Shown: in pieces, positions 20,587 through 31,221 of the stretch
Position numbering within the stretch: the first letter of the stretch is position 1
Layout: every line of letters begins with the position of its first letter
Source: Longimicrobiales bacterium
Lineage (GTDB): Bacteria; Gemmatimonadota; Gemmatimonadetes; Longimicrobiales; Gaopeijiaceae
NCBI GenBank assembly: GCA_965238005.1
Contig: OZ250165.1
Location: 3,232,001-3,296,000, forward strand
Reading direction: 5' to 3'
Length of the DNA stretch: 64,000 nucleotides
Notes under the pieces: generated by a model
Databases searched by the model: none
Told to the model about the DNA's origin: nothing
Seen by the model: the letters and a program-made list of their open reading frames with translations, nothing else
Made by a program: the position numbers and the translations under genes

Positions 20587-21979
20587 CCTCCTCGTAGAAC
20601 TGGTGGAAGCTGCCGCCATGCAGGTGGGTCACGACCCGAGCACCGAATGCCTTGGCCAGCAGTATTAAGAGGCCATCTCGAAGATACGCCAAGGCCGTCT
20701 GCGAAACCTGCACGTAGACGGCGGTCGGTCGTTTTCGCCTGAGCATCCCCGTGTATCTCGCCAGGTGCAGAACCGCCAACCTCACGTTTTGGAGATCGAA
20801 TCTACCGATGTTCTTCAGCGAGCGTCGATCCGCGGTATCGAGATGAGCGACTCGGCAGCACCGATGCAGTGCAGGCGTCTCCAGGAGCATTCGCGTGTGG
20901 ACGGAGACGCCGTGGACCGGAGGGGGTGTCGGTCCGACCAGAAGCACGGTGGGCCGGTCGTCCGGCGGAGTCGCTGGGATCCTTGACCGCACCAGCCATG
21001 GGACGATAACCCACTTCAGGTTGAGAAGATGCCGTCTCGCCTGGAATACCCTCGGATACCGCTCCTTCGCCTCGCGCAATCCGGGCGTCAGGACTCCCAC
21101 CACCGCAATGGCCAACCGCGTGAGCGAGCGGAGCGCGAATAGTCCTCGGGCGATCCAACCGGATACTCTCCCCCACTTTTCCCGAATCAGAGCTACTCTA
21201 ACCGGCCCCTCGAGCAGGCTCAGCTCAAGTGGACTTGTAGCCGAAGAAACTCCTTGCGCATGGACAGTCTCCACGTCTCCAAGATACCTGATCCGGAAGC
21301 CGGCTCGGGAGATCCGGAGGCAGAACGCAAGGTCTTCGTGGTACATGAAGAGCTCATCGGGCAGACCCCCGACTCGAAGGGCCAGGGGTCGCCGGACCAT
21401 CATGAAGGCACCCGTGAGGGCCTCCACGTCCCGCCGGCCCTCATGATCCCAACTTCCCATCAACTGATCGGCAAAGATGGGATGATCCGGAAAGCCGACC
21501 TGGAGGTAGAACGCTTCCCATATGAGATGCCGAAGGCGGTAATGCCGGCGGGCGCACTCTTTCTGGACGTTGCCGTCCGGGTAGATCAGACGGCATCCCA
21601 CCATCCCGATTTCGGGATCGCTGTCCAACTCGCTGACACAGGCTTCCAGAGTCCCCTCACCCACAACCGTGTCCGGATTCAGGAAGAGGACGTATCGGCC
21701 CCGGGCTTCAAGCAGCGCTTGGTTATTGGCGCGAGGGAATCCGACGTTCTGTGAGTTCTGGATGATCCTCACCCAGGGGAACGCCTCGGCTACGGTCTCG
21801 ACGGTGCCATCGGAGGACGCGTTGTCCACGAGGATCGCCTCCAGGGTCAGCACACCGGCGCAGTGTGTGAGAGCCTCGAGGCATTCGAGCACCGGTTCCT
21901 TGACGTTCCACGTCACGATAACGACGGAGAGGTCGGGCCTTCGTGTCGACCCTGGAGAAATCGATGCGTCGGTGCTCAT
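20587..21979 (-). pseudogene. GT2 glycosyltransferase fused to a GT4 N-terminal domain, truncated by the IS5 element
   Basis: VDNASSDGT, LNPD, FMYHED, then GPTPPPVHG...HLHGG running into the IS at 20586. The GT2 domain is intact and may still work. Confidence 0.8.
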
Positions 21980-22067
21980 GCCGGTGCTAGGGAGAGCCCA
22001 GGCCTACGACGTCCAACGAGCTCGTTCCCGGCGAGGAGCGCACCGGTCCGCACGGCATCCTGCCCGC

Positions 22068-22907
22068 TCAGTACGCCCCGTGGCCCCGAATGACGGCTGG
22101 GATCGTCTTGAGGAGGATCTTGAAGTCGAGCCAGAGGCTCCACTCCTCGATGTACTTCAAGTCCAGGTTGGCCCATTCATCGAAGTCGTGGATGTCCGAT
22201 CGGCCCAGGATCTGCCACAGACAAGTGATGCCGGGCTTTACCGCAAGCTTGGCTTTGTGCCAGTCGGCGAAAGTCTCGAACTCCTCGGGGAATGGTGGTC
22301 GAGGGCCAACCAGACTCATGTCTCCCTTGAGCACGCTCCAGAACTGGGGAAGCTCATCGATGCTGTAGGTGCGCAGCCATTGGCCGAGCCGTGTTACGCG
22401 AGGATCGTTCCGAACCTTGAAGGCAGGACCTCGCATGTGGTTCAGGTGCGCCACGGTCTCCTTGAGGTGCTCCGCATTCACGACCATGGAGCGGAGTTTA
22501 TACCCCCGGAAAGGGCGGCCCCGGTACCCTAGCACGCACCACCGGTAGAACGCGGGTCCGCGGCAGGTCATACGGATAAGCAGTCCAATAACCAAGAAGA
22601 CCGGTAGCAAGAGGACCAGGGCGACAAGAGCAACCCAGATATCGATGACTCGTTTGACCCACTGGCCGGCCTTCCAACGGAAACTGCTGGCACGCTCCGG
22701 CAGACACGAGTCCCAGTCGATGGGCCGCGACCCCACGTCGATCACCGCGAGGACAGCCTCCGGTCGACCATTCGCCGCGGCGCTCTCTGAGCCAACTGGA
22801 GTACGCCCGTCCGAGGGTGCAGCCTTCGTTCTCGACTCCAACTCGGGAGCTGGCGGTGCCACCGTGATCTCGGTCTCCAAGCGAGACACGTGCTGCTCCG
22901 ACTTCAC
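22068..22907 (-). CDS. Bacterial sugar transferase (monotopic priming phosphoglycosyl transferase)
   Basis: KRVIDI, KLRSM, DPRVT, SIDELPQ, GDMSLVGPRP, KPGIT. Confidence 0.92.
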   Translation of the reverse strand: MKSEQHVSRLETEITVAPPAPELESRTKAAPSDGRTPVGSESAAANGRPEAVLAVIDVGSRPIDWDSCLPERASSFRWKAGQWVKRVIDIWVALVALVLLLPVFLVIGLLIRMTCRGPAFYRWCVLGYRGRPFRGYKLRSMVVNAEHLKETVAHLNHMRGPAFKVRNDPRVTRLGQWLRTYSIDELPQFWSVLKGDMSLVGPRPPFPEEFETFADWHKAKLAVKPGITCLWQILGRSDIHDFDEWANLDLKYIEEWSLWLDFKILLKTIPAVIRGHGAY

Positions 22908-23108
22908 GGGCGCGCTCGCGATAATTCAGCCTCGATCGTCATGACACTCTCCCGATTCGGATGACCGGGGCGATGTTGGGGGCTCAAGTTGCGCATGCGA
23001 TGCGTGATGCTCAGAACAGAAAAAAACGGGCTACGGATCAAGCTCGGGCGTAATCTCAAGGTAGCTCACCGACTACGGAGCCGACAGCCAAACAACGCAC
23101 AGTTGAGT

Positions 23109-25085
23109 TCACGCCTGCTCGGAGAGCAGCTCGGGTACGTCATCCGAGTGAGTCGAGCCAGACTCAGAGACCCCTGGTCTGGCAGCATCAGTCGGATGGG
23201 CTTCAGTCCCGGGAACGAGCTCTCTGAGGGCCCGTCGAATATACTCGACCCCATGGTCGTCAGCGCCGCCATCCACCGCCTCGAGAAGAGCCTTCAGCAT
23301 CGCCAGCGTACGGTCACTTACCTCAGTCTGAACCAGCCGGATCTGGTCGATCGAGGTAGGCACGGTCACCTCATCGGGTCCCGTCAACTCCTCCGACAAC
23401 TTCTCACCGGGGCGCAATCCGATGAACTCGACCTCCGCATCGAGCCCCTCCTCCCGGCCTGCAAGACGGATCAGTTTGCGGGCGATATCCAGTATCTGGA
23501 CGGGTTCACCCATCTCCAACATGACGACGGTCCCTTTGGCCTCAGGCAGAAGCGAAGACTGTAGTACCAGTTGCGTGGCCTCGGGGATGGTCATGAAGAA
23601 GCGCTGGACCTCGGGATGCGTCACAGTGATCGGCTTGCCCTCTGCAAGCTGCTGCTGAAAGAGCGGAATGACACTGCCCTTGCTCCCGAGCACGTTACCG
23701 AAGCGCACGGCCACGAACCACGTGGAGGGGAAACGGTGTTGGCTCTGCAAAGTGACGTACTCGGCCAAACGCTTCGTCGCTCCCATCACGCTCGTCGGCT
23801 CAACGGCCTTGTCCGTCGAAATCAAGACGAACTTCTCCGCGCCAAACCGGCCAGCTGCCTCCGCTACCCTGAGCGTTCCAACCACGTTGTTCCTCACGGC
23901 CTCACGTGGGTTGGATTCCATCAACGGAACGTGTTTGTAGGCTGCCGCGTGGAACACGCGGCTTGGGTGGTACTCCTCAAAGATCCGATCCAGCGTGTAC
24001 GAATCCAGAATGTCGGCAACTGCCGGGACAATTCGCAGATGTGGATGCTTCTCGCGGAGCTCGAGCTCGAGATGATAGAGATCGGTCTCCGCTTGATCAA
24101 AGAGAACCAGGCACTGCGGCTCGTGTGCGGCCACCTGACGTACCAGCTCTGATCCGATCGACCCTGCTGCTCCTGTCAAGAGGACCGATTGTCCCTCTAG
24201 GTCCTCGGCGAGCTCGGGCAACTCGAGTGTGATGGGTGCCCTTCCGAGCAAGTCCTCGAGCTGGGCCTCTCGGAGGTGATCGATCTTGGCCTCTCCCGTC
24301 AGCACCTCGGCGATCCCCGGAAGAACCTTGGTGGGGACGTCTGCCGCTTCGCAGTACTCCATGATTCGGCGGAGATCGTCGGGCTGCGCAGACGGGATTG
24401 CCACAACGATCTCCTGCGCCCCCATCCTTGACGTTATCGCAACAAGATCCTCGGTCGATCCCATCACCTCCACACCGTGGATCGTCGTGCCCCAGGTGAA
24501 AGGATTGTCGTCCAAGAATGCGATAGGGCGATACCCGGTAGATTGCCGAAGCATTTCCCTCGCAAGCCCACTCCCGGCCTCTCCCGCACCAACAATCAGA
24601 ACGGCAGTATGCAAGCTGTTCGAGTCCTCTCTCTGGCGGAAGAGCTCATAGCCAACCCGATAGGCGAACCACACTCCCGCCGTGAGATAGGTGGTGAACA
24701 CCCACTCCATGAGGATGATGGATCGCGGCACCGCAGGGCTCAGCGGCATCATCGTCACAGCCATAAAGAACAAGGCCGTGCCGAGAGCGGTAGCTCCCAT
24801 GAGCCGAACCACGTCTCCGAGGCCGACATCACGCCAACTGCCAACGGCGATCTTGAAGATCGAGTCGCTCACGGCTCGTACCACCAGCAGCACCGGAAGA
24901 GTCACCAAGAACGTGGTGGTCAACGACTCTGGCCACTCGAACTCGAAGCGAAGGAGGTAGGCGATCGCATACGCCGATGCGGCAGTGCCCGCATAGATAA
25001 CAAGCGCGAGGAGCTTCCTATTCCGCATGACCAAGAGGATCAGGGAGCCCGGAGAGCGTGCCGAGTCAGTCATCTGGTCGTTCAC
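23109..25085 (-). CDS. PglF/WbpM/CapD-like UDP-GlcNAc 4,6-dehydratase
   Basis: N-terminal TMs, TGAAGSIGSEL, HAAAYKHVP, STDKAV, MGATK, RFGNVLGS. Confidence 0.93.
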   Translation of the reverse strand: MNDQMTDSARSPGSLILLVMRNRKLLALVIYAGTAASAYAIAYLLRFEFEWPESLTTTFLVTLPVLLVVRAVSDSIFKIAVGSWRDVGLGDVVRLMGATALGTALFFMAVTMMPLSPAVPRSIILMEWVFTTYLTAGVWFAYRVGYELFRQREDSNSLHTAVLIVGAGEAGSGLAREMLRQSTGYRPIAFLDDNPFTWGTTIHGVEVMGSTEDLVAITSRMGAQEIVVAIPSAQPDDLRRIMEYCEAADVPTKVLPGIAEVLTGEAKIDHLREAQLEDLLGRAPITLELPELAEDLEGQSVLLTGAAGSIGSELVRQVAAHEPQCLVLFDQAETDLYHLELELREKHPHLRIVPAVADILDSYTLDRIFEEYHPSRVFHAAAYKHVPLMESNPREAVRNNVVGTLRVAEAAGRFGAEKFVLISTDKAVEPTSVMGATKRLAEYVTLQSQHRFPSTWFVAVRFGNVLGSKGSVIPLFQQQLAEGKPITVTHPEVQRFFMTIPEATQLVLQSSLLPEAKGTVVMLEMGEPVQILDIARKLIRLAGREEGLDAEVEFIGLRPGEKLSEELTGPDEVTVPTSIDQIRLVQTEVSDRTLAMLKALLEAVDGGADDHGVEYIRRALRELVPGTEAHPTDAARPGVSESGSTHSDDVPELLSEQA

Positions 25086-25238
25086 ATCTCCCTGCGGTGG
25101 GGCTTATCGATCTTGGGGGATTCTGACTTGTTCATCACGTCGGGCGGGTATCGAGGAAGTCCACAATACCCGTTCCAAAGATGCCACTCTCCGCAGTCCT
25201 ACGGCTAGAGCGCTCTTCCAGGTCGTTTGTGCGGATAG

Positions 25239-26213
25239 TTACGATGTGACCTTCACCCGGTAGTACTCAACCACGTCATCGATGATCTCGTCCATGGACC
25301 TCTCAGGCTCCCACCCGAGCAGGCCCCTGATCTTCGCCGTATCCGGCTGCCGCCGCTCCATGTCCTCGAAGCCCTCGCCATAGGCCTCGTCGTAGGGGAC
25401 GGTTACGATTTCGGAATCCGAACCGACCCGTTCCCTGACACGTTCCGCCAGAGCCCGGATCGTGAGCTCCCGCTCGTTCCCAATGTTGTACACCTCGCCG
25501 AGCGCCTCCGGCGCCTCCAGGAGTCCCAGCACCGCCCGGACCGAGTCCTCCACGTGGCAGAACGATCGCTGCTGTTCACCGGTCCCGTAGACGGTGATCG
25601 GCTCACCGGCCAGGGCCTGGCTTACGAACGTGGGCACCACCATCCCCCATTCGCCCGTCTGTCTCGGGCCCACGGTGTTGAAGAACCGCCCAAGAATGAC
25701 CGGTAATCCCTTCTCCTGGGCGTAGGCAAGCGCCAGGAACTCGTCCAACGCCTTCGTACACGCGTAGGACCATCGCCGGTGCGTCGTGCTCCCCATTATC
25801 CGGTCGTGCTCCTCGTGGAGCTTGTCACCGCCCTTGCCGTAGATCTCCGAGGTCGAGGCGACATAGAGCGGCGTACCGTGCTCATGGCAGCAGTCCAGGA
25901 CGATCTCCGTACCCCGGACGTTGGTCGTGATCGTCTCGACCGGAGATTCGATGATCTTCCGCACGCCCACCGCCGCCGCCAGATGTACCACCTGTTCCAC
26001 CTGGCCGACGGTATCGTTCATCATAGGGTGGTTGAGAATCGAGTCGACGATGAGGTGTAGGGACTCGTGGTGTCGGACTTCGGCCAGATTGTCGAGGCTG
26101 CCCGTCGACAGATCGTCGACCACGAACACGGTCTTCCCCCGCTCCAGAAGGCGCTCCACGAGGTGTGAGCCGATGAAGCCGGCACCTCCCGTGACTAGGA
26201 TAGAATCCGCCAT
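25239..26213 (-). CDS. NAD-dependent nucleotide-sugar epimerase/decarboxylase
   Basis: TGGAGFIGSH, STSEIYG, RWSYACTK, RFFNTVGPRQ. Confidence 0.92.
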   Translation of the reverse strand: MADSILVTGGAGFIGSHLVERLLERGKTVFVVDDLSTGSLDNLAEVRHHESLHLIVDSILNHPMMNDTVGQVEQVVHLAAAVGVRKIIESPVETITTNVRGTEIVLDCCHEHGTPLYVASTSEIYGKGGDKLHEEHDRIMGSTTHRRWSYACTKALDEFLALAYAQEKGLPVILGRFFNTVGPRQTGEWGMVVPTFVSQALAGEPITVYGTGEQQRSFCHVEDSVRAVLGLLEAPEALGEVYNIGNERELTIRALAERVRERVGSDSEIVTVPYDEAYGEGFEDMERRQPDTAKIRGLLGWEPERSMDEIIDDVVEYYRVKVTS

Positions 26214-26231
26214 TACGTCTCGCTCCTAAGA

Positions 26232-27959
26232 TCAGGGCGCTGCGGCGCCAATGTACCCCTCCTTCTCCAGGTGGAGAAAGATCTGGTGAGCCGCCTCCGA
26301 GGGAGAGACGTCGGTCGTGTCGATGACGACATCGGCGCTATCGGGCTCCTCGTACGGATCCGAGATCCCAGTGAACTCCTTGATGATGCCGGCCCGGGCC
26401 TTTGCGTAGAGTCCTTTCCGGTCGCGGGCTTCGCACGTCTCGAGAGGTGTGGAGAGATAGACGAGAACGTAGCCACCCACCGAGGAGATCATCTCCCGGT
26501 TCTGCCTCCGAACCTCGCCGTAGGGGGCGATGGGAGCGCAGATCGCGATGCCTCCACCCTTGGTGATCTCCGAAGCCACGAAGCCGATGCGCCGAATGTT
26601 GAGGTCCCGGTGCTCTCTGCTGAAGCCCAGCTCGGACGACAGGTTCTTTCGGACGATGTCCCCGTCGAGCAGCGTCACGGACCGCCCCCCCATCTCCAGC
26701 AGCTTGACCCGAAGGACGTTGGCCACCGTGGACTTGCCCGAGCCCGACAGGCCCGTGAAGAAGACTGTGAACCCCTGCCTTCGTCGGGGTGGGTAGCTCC
26801 TTCGCAGTTCCTTCTCCACGGCGGGAAACGTGAACCACTCCGGAATCTCCCTGCCATCCGCAAGGCGATCTCTGAGCTCCGTCCCCGAGATGGACTTGGC
26901 TTCGACGCCCTCCGGCACCTCGTCCACGGGCACGAAGGTGTCTTGATCCTCCACGTATACCATGAGGCGGAACGGGACCATCTCGACCCCCAGCTCCTCC
27001 TCGTGCTCCCGCATCATCTCTTGCGCGTCGTAGGGTCCGTAGAAGGGCGTTCCCGACGATTCACTACCGGGACCCGCATGGTCCCTACCGACGATCAAGT
27101 GCGTGCACCCGTGGTTCTTTCGGATGATGGCGTGCAGCAGCGCCTCACGAGGCCCGCCCATGCGCATGGCCAGGTTCAGGAGCGACAGCTTGGCCGTGAA
27201 CCGGGGATAGGTATCCATGAGCGCCTGATAGCAGCGGACCCGGGTGAAGTGATCGACGTCCCCGGGCTTCGTCATGCCCACCACCGGGTGAACCAGTAGG
27301 TTGGCCTCGACCCCCTTGGCCGCCCTCAGGGTCAGCTCCTGATGGGCGCGGTGCATGGGGTTTCGGGTCTGAAACGCCACGATTCTCCGCCAACCCAGAC
27401 GCGCGAAGTCCCCCCGAAGCTGGCGGGGAGTGCTCCTGAGCTCGCGGAAGTCGTAGTGGACGGGCAACTGGAGGCCCTCGACCCCGCCGCCCACGTACAC
27501 CGGATTCGACCACTCCAGGAGGTGGGCGACCCCCGGGTGCTCTCGATGGCCGTTCCCGAAGACCCGCTCGGCCTCTTGTGCTCGATCCGGTCGCCAGATG
27601 TCCTCCACATGTAGCACCGCGAGCATGACGCCCTCGGGATCGCGCAGCGCGAGGTGCGATCCGGCCTCCAATCCCTCCGCAGCATCTTCAGTGATGTCCA
27701 GAGTGATGGGAATGGGCCACAGCGTCCCGTCCGCAAGCCGCATCTGCTCGCATACAGGTTCATAGTCCCGGGGCGTCATGAACCCGGCCAGAGGCGAGAA
27801 CGCACCGTTCAGGAGCAGCTCGAGATCGCTGATCTGACGCGGGGTGAGCTCCCACGAGGGCCAGTCCAACGATGTGGCCCTGAGCTCGTCTCCTCGCTCG
27901 CGATCGACGACGAGGTCCAAGAGCTCGCCGCCGTGGGGCGTGATCAGGTGATCCGTCAT
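26232..27959 (-). CDS. sat/cysC: Bifunctional sulfate adenylyltransferase / adenylylsulfate kinase (PAPS synthase)
   Basis: FQTRNPMHRAH, GRDHAG, TGLSGSGKST P-loop, LDGD, KGLYAKAR, FTGISDPYE. Confidence 0.95.
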   Translation of the reverse strand: MTDHLITPHGGELLDLVVDRERGDELRATSLDWPSWELTPRQISDLELLLNGAFSPLAGFMTPRDYEPVCEQMRLADGTLWPIPITLDITEDAAEGLEAGSHLALRDPEGVMLAVLHVEDIWRPDRAQEAERVFGNGHREHPGVAHLLEWSNPVYVGGGVEGLQLPVHYDFRELRSTPRQLRGDFARLGWRRIVAFQTRNPMHRAHQELTLRAAKGVEANLLVHPVVGMTKPGDVDHFTRVRCYQALMDTYPRFTAKLSLLNLAMRMGGPREALLHAIIRKNHGCTHLIVGRDHAGPGSESSGTPFYGPYDAQEMMREHEEELGVEMVPFRLMVYVEDQDTFVPVDEVPEGVEAKSISGTELRDRLADGREIPEWFTFPAVEKELRRSYPPRRRQGFTVFFTGLSGSGKSTVANVLRVKLLEMGGRSVTLLDGDIVRKNLSSELGFSREHRDLNIRRIGFVASEITKGGGIAICAPIAPYGEVRRQNREMISSVGGYVLVYLSTPLETCEARDRKGLYAKARAGIIKEFTGISDPYEEPDSADVVIDTTDVSPSEAAHQIFLHLEKEGYIGAAAP

Positions 27960-28189
27960 CAGGAAGTCAGGGTGTTGTCGGTCATCTCAGGGAGTCAGGG
28001 TAAGGAGCTCTTCGAGCCAGGCAGGGGTCTAGCGGCTCTCTCCGCCAGCCAAGCTACCACCCACACCCGCCCCGTCAACGACTACGCGCCAGCCCTATCG
28101 TCACTCTGAGCTCCAGCATGGCCCCGTTCTCTGCCACTCCGGCCTCGAAGTCGAGCTCCGATATGCGCTCATAACCTCCTGGTGGAGAG

Positions 28190-28376
28190 CAGCACCGCCG
28201 AGCTGGAAGCCGAGGCCGTCGAGAGCTGGCTTGTCCGTTTCGCGGATCAGACCTTCTCGCTCACCGACGCGGTGAGCTTCACGGTCATGACGATGCGAGG
28301 AATCGAGGAGGCGCTGACGCTGGACCACCACTTCACTGTGGCAGGCTTCGTGGGGCGCCCCGAAGGGAGCACTTAG
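28190..28376 (+). pseudogene. PIN-domain (VapC) toxin C-terminal fragment
   Basis: FSLTDAVSF...ALTLDHHFTVAGF; N-terminal half missing. Confidence 0.75.
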
Positions 28377-28532
28377 TCCGACACGAGGCGGCGCGGATCG
28401 ACGAGCCCTCGGCCCCGTCACGCCGCCCTCCGGCCAGTCACGAGCCGCAGGGTCGCGCCGACGAGGATACCACCCCGCAACAGGGCGGGCTCCAGGAACC
28501 GAGGCGCGTGCCACGCATAAAGACGCCCGGCG

Positions 28533-29768
28533 TCAGGCTCGCCGCAGTACCAGCGTGGCGTTCGACCCCCCGAAGGCGAACGAGTTCGATAGGGCGACCT
28601 CGAGATCCGGGGCGTCGCGGCCCACACCAGCTACGCAGTCGAGATCGCACTCCGGATCTGGAACGGTCAGGTGGGCCGTCGGCGGAATTCGGCGCTCGTG
28701 GAGCGCCAGCGCGGTAATCGCGCACTCGAGCGCCCCGGAGGCCCCCACCAGATGCCCGTGCATGGACTTGGTCGAACTGATGGCGACGTTCTGAGCCGCC
28801 GCTCCGAACACTCGTTTGACCGCCTCGATCTCGACCGGGTCGCCCGTCGGCGTTCCCGTCGCGTGCGCATTGATATAACCAACATCATCGGCCGGGACCC
28901 CTGCGTCTTCCAGGGCATTGCGAATGGCCCGCTCCTGACCATCCACCGACGGCTCCGTCAGCTTGTGCGCGTCGCTCGAAGCGCCGAATCCGACGACCTC
29001 TGCCAGGGGCTCGGCCCCCCGTGCCGCGGCTCGCTCCTCGCTCTCGAGAATGAGCGTGGCCGCGCCCTCTCCCAGAACGAGGCCGGTACGCTCCAAGTCG
29101 AACGGACGGCTGGACATCCTCGCACCGTCCGCGTGCTCCTTGGCAACTACACCGACGGCCTGCCACGCCGCCACGGACCCGTCGTTGAGCATGGCCTCCG
29201 CCCCCCCGGCGATGACCACATGGGAGTAGCCGTCTCGGATCGACCGGAAGGCTTCGCCGATCGCGACGGACGAAGAGGCGCAGGCGATCGAGTACGTATG
29301 CGCCGGCCCGCGAATGCCGAACTGAATGCAAACCTGAGAGGCCGGACCACTGGCCATGATCAGAGGGACGGTCGTCGGCCTACTACGCCTGCTGTGACGC
29401 TCGAAGTAGATACTGTAGGATTGTTGGAGGATCTCGGCTCCTCCGAGCCCACACCCCATGTATACTCCCGCTTCCTCGGGCCCACCTCCTTCCACAAGGA
29501 GATCGGAGTCCTCCAGGGCGTTTCGGGTCGATACTACGGCCATCTGCGCCGCGCGCGCCATGAAGAGCCGGTCGACCTTGTCGATTCGGTCGCCCGGTTC
29601 GAAGTCGATGGAGGCGAGCAGCACGTCCGCGCCCAGCTCGGGAGTGCCCGATCGGACCAAACGAATAGCGGACTCTCCGCGACAGAGGCTGTCGAAGATA
29701 TCCGCTGGGTTCTCCCCGTGCGGGGACACGAATCCGAGCCCCGTTACGAAGACGCGGCGGCCACGCAC
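28533..29768 (-). CDS. FabF-family beta-ketoacyl-ACP synthase
   Basis: IACASS, NAHATGT, GHLVGASG (Cys-His-His), SNSFAFGG; GTG start 7 nt after the ACP stop. Confidence 0.93.
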   Translation of the reverse strand: MRGRRVFVTGLGFVSPHGENPADIFDSLCRGESAIRLVRSGTPELGADVLLASIDFEPGDRIDKVDRLFMARAAQMAVVSTRNALEDSDLLVEGGGPEEAGVYMGCGLGGAEILQQSYSIYFERHSRRSRPTTVPLIMASGPASQVCIQFGIRGPAHTYSIACASSSVAIGEAFRSIRDGYSHVVIAGGAEAMLNDGSVAAWQAVGVVAKEHADGARMSSRPFDLERTGLVLGEGAATLILESEERAAARGAEPLAEVVGFGASSDAHKLTEPSVDGQERAIRNALEDAGVPADDVGYINAHATGTPTGDPVEIEAVKRVFGAAAQNVAISSTKSMHGHLVGASGALECAITALALHERRIPPTAHLTVPDPECDLDCVAGVGRDAPDLEVALSNSFAFGGSNATLVLRRA

Positions 29769-29775
29769 GGGAGGC

Positions 29776-30015
29776 TCAGGCCCCCTTGGCTTGGACGAGC
29801 TCGTCCACCAGGGCGGCGGCTTCCGCGAGTGTCTGGAAGGTGGCGCGCTCTTCGGGGACCTCGATGCCGAATTCGTCTTCAATGTCGAACAGCAGCTCGA
29901 CGACCGTGAGGGAGTCGAGCCCGAGCTCGGTCAGCGCCGCCTCCGGGCTGATCTTCTCTGCATCGACGTCGTACTTCTCGCTCAATACTTCAGCCAAGAA
30001 CGCATAGGCGTTCAC
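29776..30015 (-). CDS. Acyl carrier protein
   Basis: LGLDSL phosphopantetheine site; AGGAGG upstream of GTG 30015. Confidence 0.92.
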   Translation of the reverse strand: MNAYAFLAEVLSEKYDVDAEKISPEAALTELGLDSLTVVELLFDIEDEFGIEVPEERATFQTLAEAAALVDELVQAKGA

Positions 30016-30189
30016 GCGTTCATACCTCCTGGTGGACATGATCCGGGAAAGCTCGAGATCCGGCCGCCCAAGGTAGGGCCTCCGGTCTCCCCTGTGAAAC
30101 AACCGCGCACGTGACCGCACGGACCCGTCCTCATGGCACTGTCCCTCGTTGCACGATCACCTTTCGCAGCCCGAGCGTCGCATTGACCG

Positions 30190-31176
30190 CTACAGCCAAC
30201 CCTCCCGCCGGTACCACGCTCCGGTGATGCGCGCCCCCTCCTCGAAGGTGACGCGGGGCTTCCACGCCAGCGCGGCCTGCGCCTCTCCTGAATCGCACAC
30301 CCAATGCGGAGCCAATAGCTCGTTCAGTTTGTCGCGCGTCAACATGACCGCCCGTCCCATGAGGCTTCCATAGACCTCGCTACCCAAGGCCGCGCCGTAC
30401 ATCAGAAAGCGGGGCACCGGGATTCGCAACCACGCCCGCCTGCCGAGCGCGTTCTCGATGTGAGCGATCAGTTCGCTCAGTGTTTCCGTGCGTCCATCCT
30501 CGACGCAATAGGTGGAGCCGCTGGGTACGTCTGCCTCGAGCGCCTTGATACAAGCGGCCGCGCAGTCGGCAACGTAGATGGCGCTCAGTGCGGAGCTCGG
30601 TGAGCCCGTAAGAGGAAGGACGCCCAGTTGCACCGACTTGAAGAAGAGGAGAACCTCCCGATCTCGGGGCCCGTAGATCATGGGGGGCCTGATGATCGTG
30701 ATGGGAAGCGCGTGTGCCGCTGCCCGTGCGGCCTGCTCTGCGGCTAGTTTACTCCTTCCATAGTGTGTCACGGGATTCGGAGACGCGCCGGCCGGAAGGG
30801 GGCGTCCGTCCTCGCTGGGCCCCATCGCGGCCAGAGACGATACCAACACGAAGCGCTCGAGATGCGGCGCGTTTTGCTTCACCGCATCGAGCAGATTGGC
30901 CGTCCCAAGCGCATTCGTACGGTGAAAGTCGGCCGGCGCCCTGGCCTTGACCAAGCCGGCAGCATGGATGATCCCATCCACACCTTTCGTCGCCGCGAGT
31001 AAACTACTCTTGTCGCCCACAGCCCCGGGCACGAGCGTCACATGCTCGAGACCTTCCAGGAATCGCGTATCACTCGTCGGCCGGACCAAGGCACGTACAT
31101 CGGCACCTTGCTGATCGAGTCGCTCGGCAACGTGAGAGCCGAGGAATCCCGAGGCTCCCGTCAGCAGAATTCGCAC
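30190..31176 (-). CDS. Extended SDR NAD(P)-dependent reductase (candidate CerR-like 3-keto reductase)
   Basis: TGASGFLG, VSSLAA, YGRSK, IRPPMIYGPRD. Family is certain; function is inferred from context. Confidence 0.85.
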   Translation of the reverse strand: MRILLTGASGFLGSHVAERLDQQGADVRALVRPTSDTRFLEGLEHVTLVPGAVGDKSSLLAATKGVDGIIHAAGLVKARAPADFHRTNALGTANLLDAVKQNAPHLERFVLVSSLAAMGPSEDGRPLPAGASPNPVTHYGRSKLAAEQAARAAAHALPITIIRPPMIYGPRDREVLLFFKSVQLGVLPLTGSPSSALSAIYVADCAAACIKALEADVPSGSTYCVEDGRTETLSELIAHIENALGRRAWLRIPVPRFLMYGAALGSEVYGSLMGRAVMLTRDKLNELLAPHWVCDSGEAQAALAWKPRVTFEEGARITGAWYRREGWL

Positions 31177-31221
31177 AGACTGTGGTCCCCTTTTCGCCGA
31201 TCGCCGGCTCTCCAGCCGGCC

